This document shows, one piece after another, positions 12,901 to 24,263 of a stretch of DNA of 64,000 bases. The DNA is from Haliotis cracherodii (taxonomy: Eukaryota), in the NCBI RefSeq assembly GCF_022045235.1, contig NW_027266286.1:70866001-70930000 (forward strand), read 5' to 3'. Position 1 is the first letter of the stretch; every line of letters begins with the position of its first letter. The position numbers and the translations under genes are program-made. The notes below the pieces were generated by a model that ran no database searches, had not been told where the DNA came from, and saw only the letters and a list, made by a program, of their open reading frames with translations.

Positions 12901-15900
12901 AGAAGGACACAGAAAACAGATAGAATGCCATCCGATGATCTTGCTGCGATACGAGCTTTATCCTCCAGGACAGCATAGAGAAGGCATAATTTTTCATCAT
13001 CATGGTTGTCAATCAAAACCAGTGGGGGATTGGGACTATCAAGATCCTCATAGCATCTCAGAGTAGCTATTTGTTCAGGTGTCTGGTCATTTATTTGCTT
13101 AACTTCACAGCATCTGTACTTGTCCTTCAGATCCCACAGTATCTGGCGAGCTGATGTGGTACCTCCTGCCCCTGGTTGGTGTAACAGTGTCACCACTGTT
13201 ACTTTATTGTCAGTTTCTTTAGTAGTAGTAAGGGCGTCTGTTATTTGATTCATCAGACTTTCATGACAAGCTCTTTTAAGAACGTGATCTCCAGGAAACC
13301 AAAAATTCCACCAGTCTACTTCACCTCCCCTGAAGAAAATCTCCTCTACCTCACGTCTTTTAGCTTCTTTCTTCTTGGTATCATTCACAATTTCACTGTC
13401 GCTACACTGTTGTATGCTGAGAATGTCCAAATCGCACATATCCTCCTTCACTCTTTGCCGCAGAGAGCAATGCATACCCTTTGATGTTGGTAAAAGGCAT
13501 GCAGATGGTTGTCTCAAATTTGTGACTTGACAAATGGCATCGTTAAGATGATTCCAAGGAATGCCAACAACACATCTCTCATTGAGTGATCCTGTATCAG
13601 CACAGTGACGTGCAATCATCTGTTCTTTCCAAAGATCAGCAATAGCGTCATTTTCAGCCAGTATTATCCACTGTTCTTGGAATTTAGTAAATATCTCATC
13701 TGCTGCCTCCAACATAACTTCATAATTCGATGAGAAAAGAAATACTAACACCAGTGCTCTTCCTTGGGGTATGCTATTATGATAAAATTGTATGGCCCCC
13801 CGAAATCCTTCAATGCGCTTTTGTTTCCACTCAAAGGGGCCAAAGGCATGCTTTCCCAGACATTCATAGCCATTACAAAATGTCCATGTGTTCAAGGAAG
13901 ATGTTTGAAGATTCTCTAAAAATGCAGCATGCTTTTCTTTCTCAAGATTTTCTCCTCCGTTCTTATCAAAGTTGTCTGTTGTTAAGACCTGCATGACTCT
14001 CTCTTTGTTCATCACATAATGATAAAGGCCTTTAGTGTCACTTTCGGGATCAAAGTCAAAGATTGCTGTTGCATCTATATCTTTAACAAATGATAGATTT
14101 TCTTCTATGAAATTTGCTTCCATTTTGTCACCAAGAGGACTAAAAAACAACACAGGATAAACGTCATCTTCAAGTGTTTCTGCGCCACCAGTAAACAAAT
14201 TGAGAAATTTTCTTCTCAGGTTTTGGGCAGGTCCAGGCGCCTGTGTCTTCGCTTCTTGGGTTTGACGTAAAGTTGTTAAATCCATTACAGTTTTAGATGT
14301 GAAGTGTACAAGATCTCTTCCATCATGCCTTTTTATTGTGCCATCTGTATATCGAAACAGTCTCTGTTTATTCTTCTTGCCAATGGGGAATTTTGAACTG
14401 ATTAGAAACACTTCATGTTTTACAACATGACTTGTTGGAACAACATCTATTTCTACAACATAGCTGTGGTCGTCACTGTTATTCCTGTCAATGACCTCTA
14501 CAAATGTTGGATCTCGTATTACTTTAGACACAATCTCATGATGCTTTTCTTCGAAGGCAAATTTTATTTTGCTCATGATTTCACTCCGACATTTTTCTCT
14601 GTCAAGAGTGTATCCAGCAACTTCTCCCGGCAGTACTTCAAGAGAGCCCTCTGGGCATATACCAAAGTAAATTGTGCCATTTATCCTGTCATTCATACAT
14701 GCTGCAGCAAATGCAACTGTCTCATCTGCCATTTGCTGAATCATGACTGTAGGCTTTTGAATGTTAGCAAAATATTTGACCGGCTGCACCATGTTACCAC
14801 TGCAGAATTCAGTGTTCACAACTCTTCCTTTCACATATTTGACCCATGGTTCTACTGGATGGTCAAACTTCCTTAATGTCTCTTGGTATGGGCATTCTCT
14901 CGGCTTGCAAGTGCTATCTGGTGACTCAATGACACTTTGTTCAGTGTTCGCGTTTTCCGTATCATGAGGTTGCGATTTAATGTTTGAAATGAGTAATGAC
15001 AAGGCCCGCTTATGTCCAAATTTCAAGGAAGGGAAAAGTTCATTTATGTCTGTCTCCTTTAGTGAGAGGAACACTTCTCCGGTGATGCACTCGTCTTTGC
15101 ATTTTGCTATGACGTCTTCCTTCTTGCCAACTGTAGGATGATTGTTGAGGAAATCACATAGACCATCAACTTGCATCAGTTTGACATTTTCTTTGGTCGG
15201 TGTTGATAAGAGGCGAGGTTCTAAAATATCGAAGATTTGTTCGTAAGAATGCTTTCAATACAGTTAATTATTTATTATTAATGGCGAAAGAGGGATTTAT
15301 GATTACAAACACACATGCACATAATCACACACAGAGTAGACTCTCATCAGGTGGCAATTAGATGGACGGAGCCATCTTATAACTTACTTCTAGTTTACAC
15401 AGTTTACTTGTTAATGTGTTTCTTTCACTGTAAGAAATGACAATTCAAGACGTCAAATATCAATCAGTGACATTAGGGTACATGTATTGTCTCTCACGTG
15501 TTTTGAAGTTTTTATTTGAATATTTACGTACTTGTAGGTGTCTGTGAAGGTCTTATTTGTAAATTTCTCAAATAGGGTCTTGGTAGGGTCAAGGAAAGAT
15601 AACGAAAGACATAATGAAAAAACATAATGTAGAGCTGAGATGAACATCTATTTCTGATCTATTTGGAAAATTAACAAAATATTTTTGAAACAGCTTGTAA
15701 ATTACATGACTTTACAATTCAAAGGATACATTTCCCTTTTTGAACGCTGTTGCCAAGTTGTGTCAGTGAACACTTGTGTGATGAGATCTCTGAGCTGTTT
15801 GTCACCCCAGTCATAGTTCACCCCTGCCGACGTCACACATTCCTTGATGACCGCTTTAACATCCGGCAGGGGACACGTCGAGCCTTTTCTGTTGATAAAT

Positions 15901-18900
15901 CTATCAAGCAGGGCACCTCTGACGACATCTTCTGTTTGTGGTTGATCAGCTATGACGAAGAAATAAAAGATTGTGGCAAGTTAAATAACAATAGAATTGC
16001 TCCCTGTTTTAACAGCTCATTGTTGTATATGGCTTACGTGATAGTGAGTGAGTTAATTTGGTTTACCGCCGCTTTGAACATTATTTCGGTTAATATATGC
16101 ACACCTACAAGGGTATGGTGCTAACAAACCTAGAATCACAATCAAGGAGAACCGGGATTCGAACCAACGGGCATAGGTTTCTAGCACGCCTAAGGGACGT
16201 CATTCTGCACAATATGTAACAATCGGCGACAGACTGACATTTCTGGTTTGCACACTGACAGAGGATACGGAGAACCTTCTCGGTTGATGACTCTATCAAC
16301 CAGAGTTTCTCTGACGACATATTATGCTTGTGGTTGATCACCTATGACCACGTAATAGTTGTAAACGTCAAAGACCTACTTTATTTCTTGCTGTCCTCAT
16401 CAAGCTGACATGTTTCAGAAATGGTGTTTGATTGTAACATTTTTTTCCAACAGAATGTTCCTTTATGTTAATGGGACCATTTTGAATTTGTATGTATTCT
16501 ACGTGAAGTGTGAATTTACATGAAAATGTCACGAGGAAGGAATTCTTTGCAATATCCAGGTGCAAGTTAGGGGAATCGTGAGCAGCGATACTGTCCATTT
16601 TAAAACCGCATTACATTCAAACGTTTATTAACCAATATTTGTTCCTTGGATCAAAAACGTCATGCCACGACTCGCAACGTTGCCATTGGAGGCCTGGAGG
16701 CTGGGGAGTCTGAATCTGCTGTTGCACTTCATCTCCATGTTCACCAAGCACCATTTCTCGTGTTTGGGATTGATATCAGCAACACATTTCCACGCAAGAT
16801 CGGCCCCGCAAACCCACGGCCATTCTGGAAACCAGATCCTGACCCATAGAACATTTGTTGGTCATCGATAGACAGGTACGCCTACGACAACCGCCTCCCT
16901 GGATGCTTCAGCAACTGCTACACATATTGCTGGACAATTTGGCTATGTCTCCACAAGCTTGGAAGAAACGATTTCTTCAATGCAGAGCAGTTTTGGAGGC
17001 ACATGTTGGTTGAAATATACTGAACCAAATTAAAAACTTCACAATCCTAACATTTTAACATTTTGACCAGTTATCATTGTGGGCCCTTATTGTGTATTAA
17101 AACAGTAATGGCCACGTATTGTCTTCAGATAACACCTGTTTTTGTGCAGGTGAATCGATCAAAATCATGTGCACAGCACTATAGTGGCAAAAGTGTTTTT
17201 TCACGTGCAACTGGTCACGTGGCCATAATACCGCACGTGTTTTCAGCCATACTTGTTAGCAGTCATTAACAAAAAAAGAAAAACACAAGAAAACAAAAGT
17301 CTTTACGGCCATTTGTTATGCCACGCCTTTCAAATGTGCAACGTGAACGTGCCATCGGCATGTTGCAGACGGGAATGTCCGTAGCTGAAGTCGCAAAGAC
17401 GATGGGTTGTATTCGACCGACTGTTTATGATAAACAGACGCATCTACAGCAAACGGGTACCACCGCTGATCGCCCTCGGCCAGGTCGACCACGTGTGACG
17501 TCACATGCAGAGGATCGTCAGATTGTCTTACGTCACCTCCGTAACCGATTTTTGACGGCTACATCAACCAGATTTGCTGATGGTAGGGCGAGGGTGTGGA
17601 GGCGCCGTCATGAACGTTACTCCCAGTGTTGTGTACAGGAAGTTGATAGATTTCGAGGCAGAAGTGTCATGGTGTGGGGTCCTTTCTGTGGCAATGCACA
17701 TTCCAGGCTTCTTGTCATCCGTGGCAACCTCAACGCTGCTGCTTACCGTGACCAGGTACTGGCAACAGAACTTCTGCCTTTTATGGCAGCACATGGACCC
17801 GGTTTGATCTTCCAACACGACAATGCCAGACCCCACACAGCAATTTTGACAAGGAATTTCCTTCCGAATGCGGGAGTCAACGTCATGGACTGACCGTCAA
17901 GGTCTCCCGACCTCAATCCCATCGAACACGTCTGGGATGCTCTTGGCAGAAGTCTGCGCACTCTCCAGAACCAACCACAGAATTTGCAAGATCTTGGCAC
18001 CATTTTGCAGCAACAATGGCGTCGTCTTCCCAATCATGTGTTCACAAGCATGACAAGGGCTATGCGGAGGCGTTGTGTGGCAGTTGTCAACGCACATGGT
18101 GGCCATACACGCCACTGAACTTGTGTGCCATCAGATTCTGGTGCTTGGGATTTATAATGTTGATGTTATTACCGAATACAGTGGGTGCTTGGAACAAATT
18201 ATGGTTACCATCGTTAATTAAAATCCTTCTTTGGACATTAATGATTAAAAATTACCTTCTCTGATTCATTTGTCCGTTTTATATCATATATGGGATTACT
18301 TTTAAAAATGTGAAGTTTTTAATTTGACTCAGTATAGTTACTGAGAACACACGCCCACTTGTCAAATGACATCAATACTGACTAAATTTGTATTCCGACT
18401 TTCTTGTTGTATATGTACTATGGCTGCAAATGATATTGTATTAAAGTGGTTTCAGGTGAACAATGTAATTACCATTGCATGTCTCTTTTACGGGTGCCAC
18501 CGGTGGGGCAGAGATGTCCTATGAATATGGAAAGGGTTTTGTCGCTTTTATTTACCTTGAACACAACATCTAAAAATATGGGAAAATTCACCTATGGGTT
18601 TCTATTGTGGGAGAGCATATAACCGGGAGTATAACTAAACTCATTCTTTTAATTTGATTAAAATCACAACCCATTTTACAAGTTCAAACCTGTGCAAGTA
18701 ACAATACAGCAATGTGCTGTCATATACCGCTTCAACTGACCAATGAACATTGAGAATCGATAAATTAACACATGCCANNNNNNNNNNNNNNNNNNNNNNN
18801 NNNNNNNNNNNNNNNNNNNNNNNNNNNNNNNNNNNNNNNNNNNNNNNNNNNNNNNNNNNNNNNNNNNNNNNNNNNNNNNNNNNNNNNNNNNNNNNNNNNN

Positions 18901-20031
18901 NNNNNNNNCTATTTGTGACACTTGTGTTAGATATGACCTATACTTGGTTATTGTAGGGACGTTGCCCTATAATCTGCCAGCTGCCGTAAGTTAATATGTC
19001 ACGCTCGTGTGTGTACATGTTTCAAGCTATCCTTTGTAGCATTTGGCTACGCACTGCTCTCTTAACACTAGAAAACAGTTGCACGCATACATACAATAGT
19101 GATCACGCGCACCATGACAACACAACACAACCCGTTCAAACATGAGCAGGTAACACAACACCATGTGCTGCCGAATTTCTTCCGTTAAGGGCGTATGTAA
19201 TTACTCATATAGTTTCCTTTTCGTACTTATGCACTGTCATTTCGAGTGCCTCGGGTTCGCCGTTGTTATAGTTGAGACGGGTGCCTTAAGTTTGTCTGCT
19301 GGTATGAAATATGGGACTTTAACAGCCCAGTATCGTCGGCCCTAAAGACGTATTGCATTAAATGTCAACCTATCGTCGAGCCTAAACGGTTCTGCAGAAT
19401 GTCGTCCCTGAGGCGTGTCAGAAACCTATGATCGTTGTTTCGAATCCCTGTTCGCTCTGTTCATTACACCTCCGCGGCTAGGTCATAGAGCGTCTGCCCA
19501 GAGAGCGGAAGGTCGGGGGTTGTCTACCTGCCTAAGGCTCGCTCGGCATTCATTGGATAAAACATGGACTAGTACACACACGACTTTCCACATTGAGCTC
19601 AAATGTGGTATAACTGAAAATACTGAATTAATGTATAAAGCGACGTTACATCAAACCCAGTCATTCACTTTAAAGATGCTCATGTGTTTATCACCTAGCT
19701 GAAGTTTATCTCCAAAGGACTTACCTTCTAAACAGGCATCTTCATCGGGAGTAGCTGCAAGTTTCTCCTCTATGTGCGGCTGGATTTCTCTTACAATGTC
19801 ACAGAAACGTTTATACGCGTTCAGATTTTGTGGTTTTCGTTTCAGCGTGAACAGTAGTCTTTCAACCTTTTCAGGTTCAGGAGAAATACTTTTGATTAGT
19901 TTATACTCGCTGTCGTTCAGTGTGCCATTTTGGAACAGGCCGTTAAGGATGTCACCGCCATCTTCCAACTGAAGCTCACTTTTAAGATAGACCCAATTCT
20001 TCATTATCCTGCGCCATTCCTTGGAATCCAT
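9927..20031 (-). CDS. SAMD9: CARD- and winged-helix-fused SAMD9/SAMD9L-like STAND NTPase (spliced model, ~1794 aa)
   Basis: Predicted coding exons (minus): 20031-19725 (CARD, donor G|GTAAGT, phase 1), 15949-15730 (acceptor TCATAG, donor AT|GTATCCTTT, phase 2), 15578-15532 (donor A|GTACGT, phase 1), 15220-10485 (acceptor TTTTAG), 10001-9927 (acceptor TTACAG; tentative). All junctions keep frame with no stops; total 5385 nt. Confidence 0.75.
10130..10297 (-). mobile_element. SINE family 1 (in the putative last intron of the SAMD9-like gene)
   Basis: Full-length reverse copy. Confidence 0.9.
10449..15220 (-). CDS. SAMD9: Main exon of SAMD9-like protein: SAM, AlbA_2/Schlafen-like, Sir2-like, STAND P-loop NTPase, TPR/helical, OB-fold
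   Basis: 1575-aa ORF. SAM-like N-terminus (ITGEVFLSLKETDINELFPSLKFGHKR), FAAACMNDRINGTIYFGI (SAMD9 AlbA_2 signature), IFDFDPES, FFRGGEVDWWNF, Walker A HQPGAGGTT, Walker B PPLVLIDN, C-terminal VYFVLGFGWSGPKAYDV. One giant coding exon is typical of the family. Confidence 0.93.
15532..15949 (-). CDS. Two small exons (15949-15730, 15578-15532) encoding a putative RFX-like winged-helix domain
   Basis: Spliced translation ADQPQTEDVVRGALLDRFINRKGSTCPLPDVKAVIKECVTSAGVNYDWGDKQLRDLITQVFTDTTWQQRSKREIPYLRNLQIRPSQTPT; open frame, phases compatible with the flanking exons. Not in the ORF track. Domain identity is by eye. Confidence 0.7.
15579..15729 (-). other. U12-type (minor spliceosome) GT-AG intron, 151 nt
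   Basis: 5' site GTATCCTTT at 15729-15721; branch site TTTCCTTGAC at 15597-15588 with the branch A 10 nt from the 3' AG (15580-15579); no polypyrimidine tract. Confidence 0.85.
16225..16345 (-). pseudogene. Degenerate duplicate (pseudo-exon) of the 5' part of exon 15949-15730
   Basis: TCATAG|GTGATCAACCACAAGCATAATATGTCGTCAGAGAAACTCTGGTTGATAGA aligns with TCATAG|CTGATCAACCACAAACAGAAGATGTCGTCAGAGGTGCCCTGCTTGATAGA; the GAA codon has become TAA. Confidence 0.75.
16600..17015 (+). mobile_element. Older, highly degenerate Tc1-like remnant
   Basis: ATGCCACGACTC...GCCATTGGAGGCCTGGAGGCTGGGG (MPRL..AIG.LEAG) and a decayed PD..PIEH motif (CCAGATCCTGACCCATAGAACAT). Confidence 0.55.
17018..18334 (+). mobile_element. 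Tc1/mariner (DD34E Tc1-type) transposon, defective
   Basis: 26-bp TIRs TACTGAACCAAATTAAAAACTTCACA / TGTGAAGTTTTTAATTTGACTCAGTA with TA flanks. Transposase 17318-18118: HTH N-terminus, GRPR, FQHDNARPH, (W>stop)PSRSPDLNPIEHVW, GGHTRH; an internal deletion removes the first catalytic Asp region. Confidence 0.92.
18778..18908. other. Assembly gap (131 N) inside the CARD-to-winged-helix intron
   Basis: Run of N. Confidence 1.
19725..20031 (-). CDS. CARD (death-fold) exon, first coding exon of the SAMD9-like gene
   Basis: MDSKEWRRIMKNWVYLKSELQLEDGGDILNGLFQNGTLNDSEYKLIKSISPEPEKVERLLFTLKRKPQNLNAYKRFCDIVREIQPHIEEKL fits the CARD six-helix pattern. Acceptor TTTCAG 4 nt before the ATG; strong donor GTAAGT at 19724. 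Confidence 0.8.
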
Positions 20032-20710
20032 ATTCCTGAAATATGACCTCGATCAGTTATTCATGTAAACTAATGACATGGTAGGGTGGACGATCCAGTT
20101 CTTGATTACTATTGTAGCAATGTTTCCGTTTACTTTATAACATCGTTATGAAGCAACTGAAAATTTGAGGTTAGTGTCCAAAAGAAGTTCAAATTATCTA
20201 ATGTTATGTGGTAGTATACATTGTAATTCAGTTATAATGATTGTTACTGTTGTGGCTAGGTTTTGTTGTCCACGGCTCGTAATTTAGAGTTACCTTCTAA
20301 ATGCCATCCAATGATCTTGTTAATCATTCTGTTTAAACTTTCAGGATCGAGACATCGTGTGATTCCAGATACAGATATAAAACATATGTAACCGATATTT
20401 CTTAAATTATATATTTTCACCGTTCTCGCCCATGAGGTTTTCAAAGCATATAGCGACGACTCGATTTACATTTTACATCATACCACAAAACAAACTGGAA
20501 TTCACAAACGGAATAGTCTCTTATCAAAATGTACTATCACCTTTTGAATTCGGCCTATCGTCTGCTTAAGGTCTAATTTGCATGATTTGCATCAAACATG
20601 AATTAAAACGATCTTTTCCGCATTTGCCTATTTTAATTATTTTTTTTAGCAAATGTAGTTGCGTGTTTATCACATCGATATATCTCGATAGTTCCTTATA
20701 GTCTTAACAT

Positions 20711-22229
20711 TTCCAGGAAATGTTCCCAAGAAATCTGACCTAATTACACAACGCAACAATCTATTGTGAAGTCGGCCCAGGTTACGTTTATCAACGTTGT
20801 TTGTAGATAACTCGACTGTGTTTTCGGTGTATAGCAAGACCGACAGTAGATTTTATCAAAAAAACCTCATTAAACCTCACATCTACGGGGAACAAACAAT
20901 ACAAATATAACCACAGCATGTTTATATCCGTAATTTGCTCAGTTCTATTAAAACTTGGTAAGATATTCATATAGTGCTCGGTCATTGAGTGTATTGATGT
21001 TAATATACCATGCTAACAACAAACACATTTGGGCATTAGATTATACCTTCTATCGAGATCTCATTGTCATGTTTAACTCTATTTGGTAACTGACAGATTA
21101 AGAAAACAAATGAGCAACGATGCAAGATGTCCGGGCACGATGACACACATTCAGCCACAATTGTAAGGCGACACACCCGGTTATACTACCTTCTTTCCAC
21201 CCGTCTGTCTGTCAGGTTTGTGTCCTGTCCAGTAAGATGTCCATTTGTAATCGGACAACCACTCGGTGTATATTCTCCAGTGTTATGGCTCACTCAGCCT
21301 ATCCGAGTGTCGTTCCAGCTAAAGAGATCTACTTCTTGGAAACTATGTTACGCAATCAGTCATGTATTTATAACTGTGATGTTTAGCCAAACCCCATAAC
21401 GTGTACAAACGTGTAGAAGTCGCGCTGATTATAAAGAAGTCCTATCTCTCAGTGTGCACTTCTCGCGTTACTTCACTTCAGTCCGAGAAGACATTAGGGA
21501 CCAGTTCAAAGGTTCGATGTCGGATATAAAACTTAATTCCTTAAGCTTTGAGGCATAAAAATACTTTAATTCAGAAAATGTTGCAGTCCGGAGTTTCGTA
21601 ACCATTTCCGGGCTGTTGAACTCGCCTACAAATGTAGTTCCCTAAATCCTAAACCTAAAAAATCCAATGACAAATTAAATTGTGTTTGAATATGCTATAT
21701 AGTCCAACTAGACAATCTAGAACGCAAATCCCTTATCTAGTATTACCCTATCTGTTTGCATAATGTGTGAGCGGCCATATTGCTTACCTTACATCCACCC
21801 TGCTTGTGAATGCTGTTAGTTATCCAAGTAACATATGTATGTAATACAACACTAGTATATCGATATTCCCATGTCCTCTTGTGTTAAGACTGAACGTTCG
21901 ACCTACTTTCCAGGTAACGTGCTGTGTTCAAGTTCCAGGAAAGAGGTTACGTACCCGAGCCAGTGTTATGTAATCTATCCGGGTGTCACGCGCTTATCAG
22001 TCACAGCGCTGTGTTGAATAAGGATTATAATTGAAGTATTTGTCGTGCACAAATTCATTATCAATATACTAGAAAACAAGTTTCTTCTCTACGCTTACAC
22101 TACCTGAGTTACCTGACACTCCGTGATACACGATGATTCCTCACCCGTCATTACTTTCTAAACAGTAAAATTGCTGACGACAGCATATTCTTCTCTCTCT
22201 TTATTAACAGTGTGTACCCTTTCCACGAA
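20711..22229. promoter_or_regulatory. Cluster of STAT/GAS-like palindromes upstream of the SAMD9-like gene
   Basis: TTCCAGGAA at 20711 and 21933, TTCTTGGAA at 21333, TTCCACGAA at 22221, TTCCCAAGAA (N4 spacing) at 20723. TSS unknown. Confidence 0.35.
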
Positions 22230-24100
22230 AGAAAAGCAGGCCAGACAACGGTAATTCTGCAGAGGAAAGAGTTACCTCCCTTATACCACTTGCGCAATAA
22301 ACAGGCCAGCCTCGCCTCTCAGCATGAGTTCTACATGGGGAAGTAAGAATTATGCAGGAAGCGTGTCATGATACGGATATCACATCGTTATAAATAATTA
22401 CTGTCCTTATCTTACAAATTAAACCGAGGTGCAAAAAAAACTATATCTCTCAGTTAATTTTATTATGTGTCTCAAGTGAGCGATATCATGTCCAAAAATG
22501 AACAGTGGTGGCGTTTAGTCAGCACTCAAACATCTACATGGTTTTATTTAAAAAATATAATTTCATTGAAAAATTTAAAAAACCTTTTCGGAGCATCCTT
22601 TGCAAATTCATGTGTTACCCCAGTCTTCATTGAACCAATTTATTTTTTACACAAAATTACCCATCTACAAGCTGCTGCAGGAATGAGTGATGAATAAATA
22701 GATGTAATCAAATTTAACAACAGTTCTTTCAATTTTCAATTACATAAAAAACAACCTCAGTATTCAGTATCATTATCAAGGTGAATTTGACACATCGTAA
22801 ATTGATTGATCGTACTTGGCATGGTTTTTAATTAGAGTTAGCAAAACCACAATAACATTTCATTGTCAACTCTTGGACCTATCATTTGACATTCGGGGGG
22901 AGGGGGGTGATTTGTTTGAAGAAGATAAAACACCCTGCCCTTGATGCTTCAGTCAGTATTAAATGTCAACTACCTATATACTTGGAACATACTGAGAACA
23001 ACTGACTGGAATACATTCATGTATTGATTGCGTGCGTGCGTGCGTGCGTGAGCGAGCGAGAGTGAGTTTGTGGCTATATACTGCTCAGGGAAAAGAAAAC
23101 TAAAACTCCATTTCTCCTTTGTGTATATCCGGATTTTGCAGTTCCAAGTTTACAAATTGGTCTGCTATTCCTCATCAAGGGATCCCAAAATGAGCTACAA
23201 CTAAATATAGACCACACATTAGTATACAGCGCTATGTACATAGTGTCATATGTAGACCTGTCCTTGCCTTGAGCGCGTTTAACTCCCGCCACTACATCGG
23301 TATCTTTGTGAAATGCGAAACATAGAGTTACTCCCCTTTGATCGCATTGGGACACATGCTCTTCAAGAAGATATTTAATAAGTGGAAACAATTAATCGAA
23401 CAAAGAAGATAAAATCCACACAAGTATACCTTCAAACAATATAGTGGTTCTCAAGGTGACTATCAAGATATACTATTTACCTACAATGTATGAATGTATG
23501 TATGTGGTGTGTGTGTGTGTGTGTGTGTGGATGGATGGATGGATGGATGGATGGATGGATTTATTCGAAATCGATAACTCGCATTTATTTGCCGAGGCAC
23601 GCATTGTTATTATCTAAATGATGTTTCAAAACAAAGGCCGCAGTGATATTACTGGAATATTGCTAAAAGTGGTGAAAAACCATACTCACATAAACCAAAA
23701 GAGCAAGGTTATCTGTAGCCCTATCTCGTCACGATGCCGATGTGACGTTAGATATTAACTCACTCACTCACTCACTCCCAGCAGCCCTGTATTGAAGTTG
23801 GAACAGGACACGCAGCCTGGGGTTTCAAATGTCATGTTTAGCAGTAGTAAATCTACAATTAACCGGGCTCTACATTGAAAACACGATGTGCTTATCTCCA
23901 TTCTACCATGCGTAAATAAAACGTGAACTGTCTAGTGTTACCTGAGATGTAGAGTAAAGCTGCATTGGTCAAAGTCATAGACGAATATCATCATATTATT
24001 TCTTTTGTCCTTTTGTCCTTCTTGAACAACTGGTCATGCCGCAGGTTAGCATTGTTGTGTATGTACTGTGCCTGATCCAATTAAACTTCAAATATATGTC

Positions 24101-24263
24101 GGGCGGTCGGGTAGCCTAGTGGTTAAACCGTTAGCTTGTCACGCCGAAGACCTGGGTTCAATTCCTCACATGGGTACAATGTGTGAAGCCCATTTCTGGT
24201 GTCCCCCACCGTGATATTGCTGGAATATTGCTAAAAGCGGCGTAAAACCGAACTCACTCACTC
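24101..24263 (+). mobile_element. SINE family 1
   Basis: Full copy; TSD AATATATGTC. Confidence 0.9.

Noticed and set aside
10414-14967. Plus-strand and alternate-frame ORFs overlapping the SAMD9-like exon
   Set aside because: Short shadow ORFs of a long coding exon with no motifs.
10449-15176. Bacterial Avs-like defence gene acquired by HGT or contamination
   Set aside because: It has an N-terminal SAM domain, spliceosomal exons including a U12 intron and host SINEs in its introns; consistent with an animal SAMD9 family member.
17318-17893. Active or domesticated transposase
   Set aside because: Premature stop at the conserved W of WP and deletion of the first catalytic Asp region.
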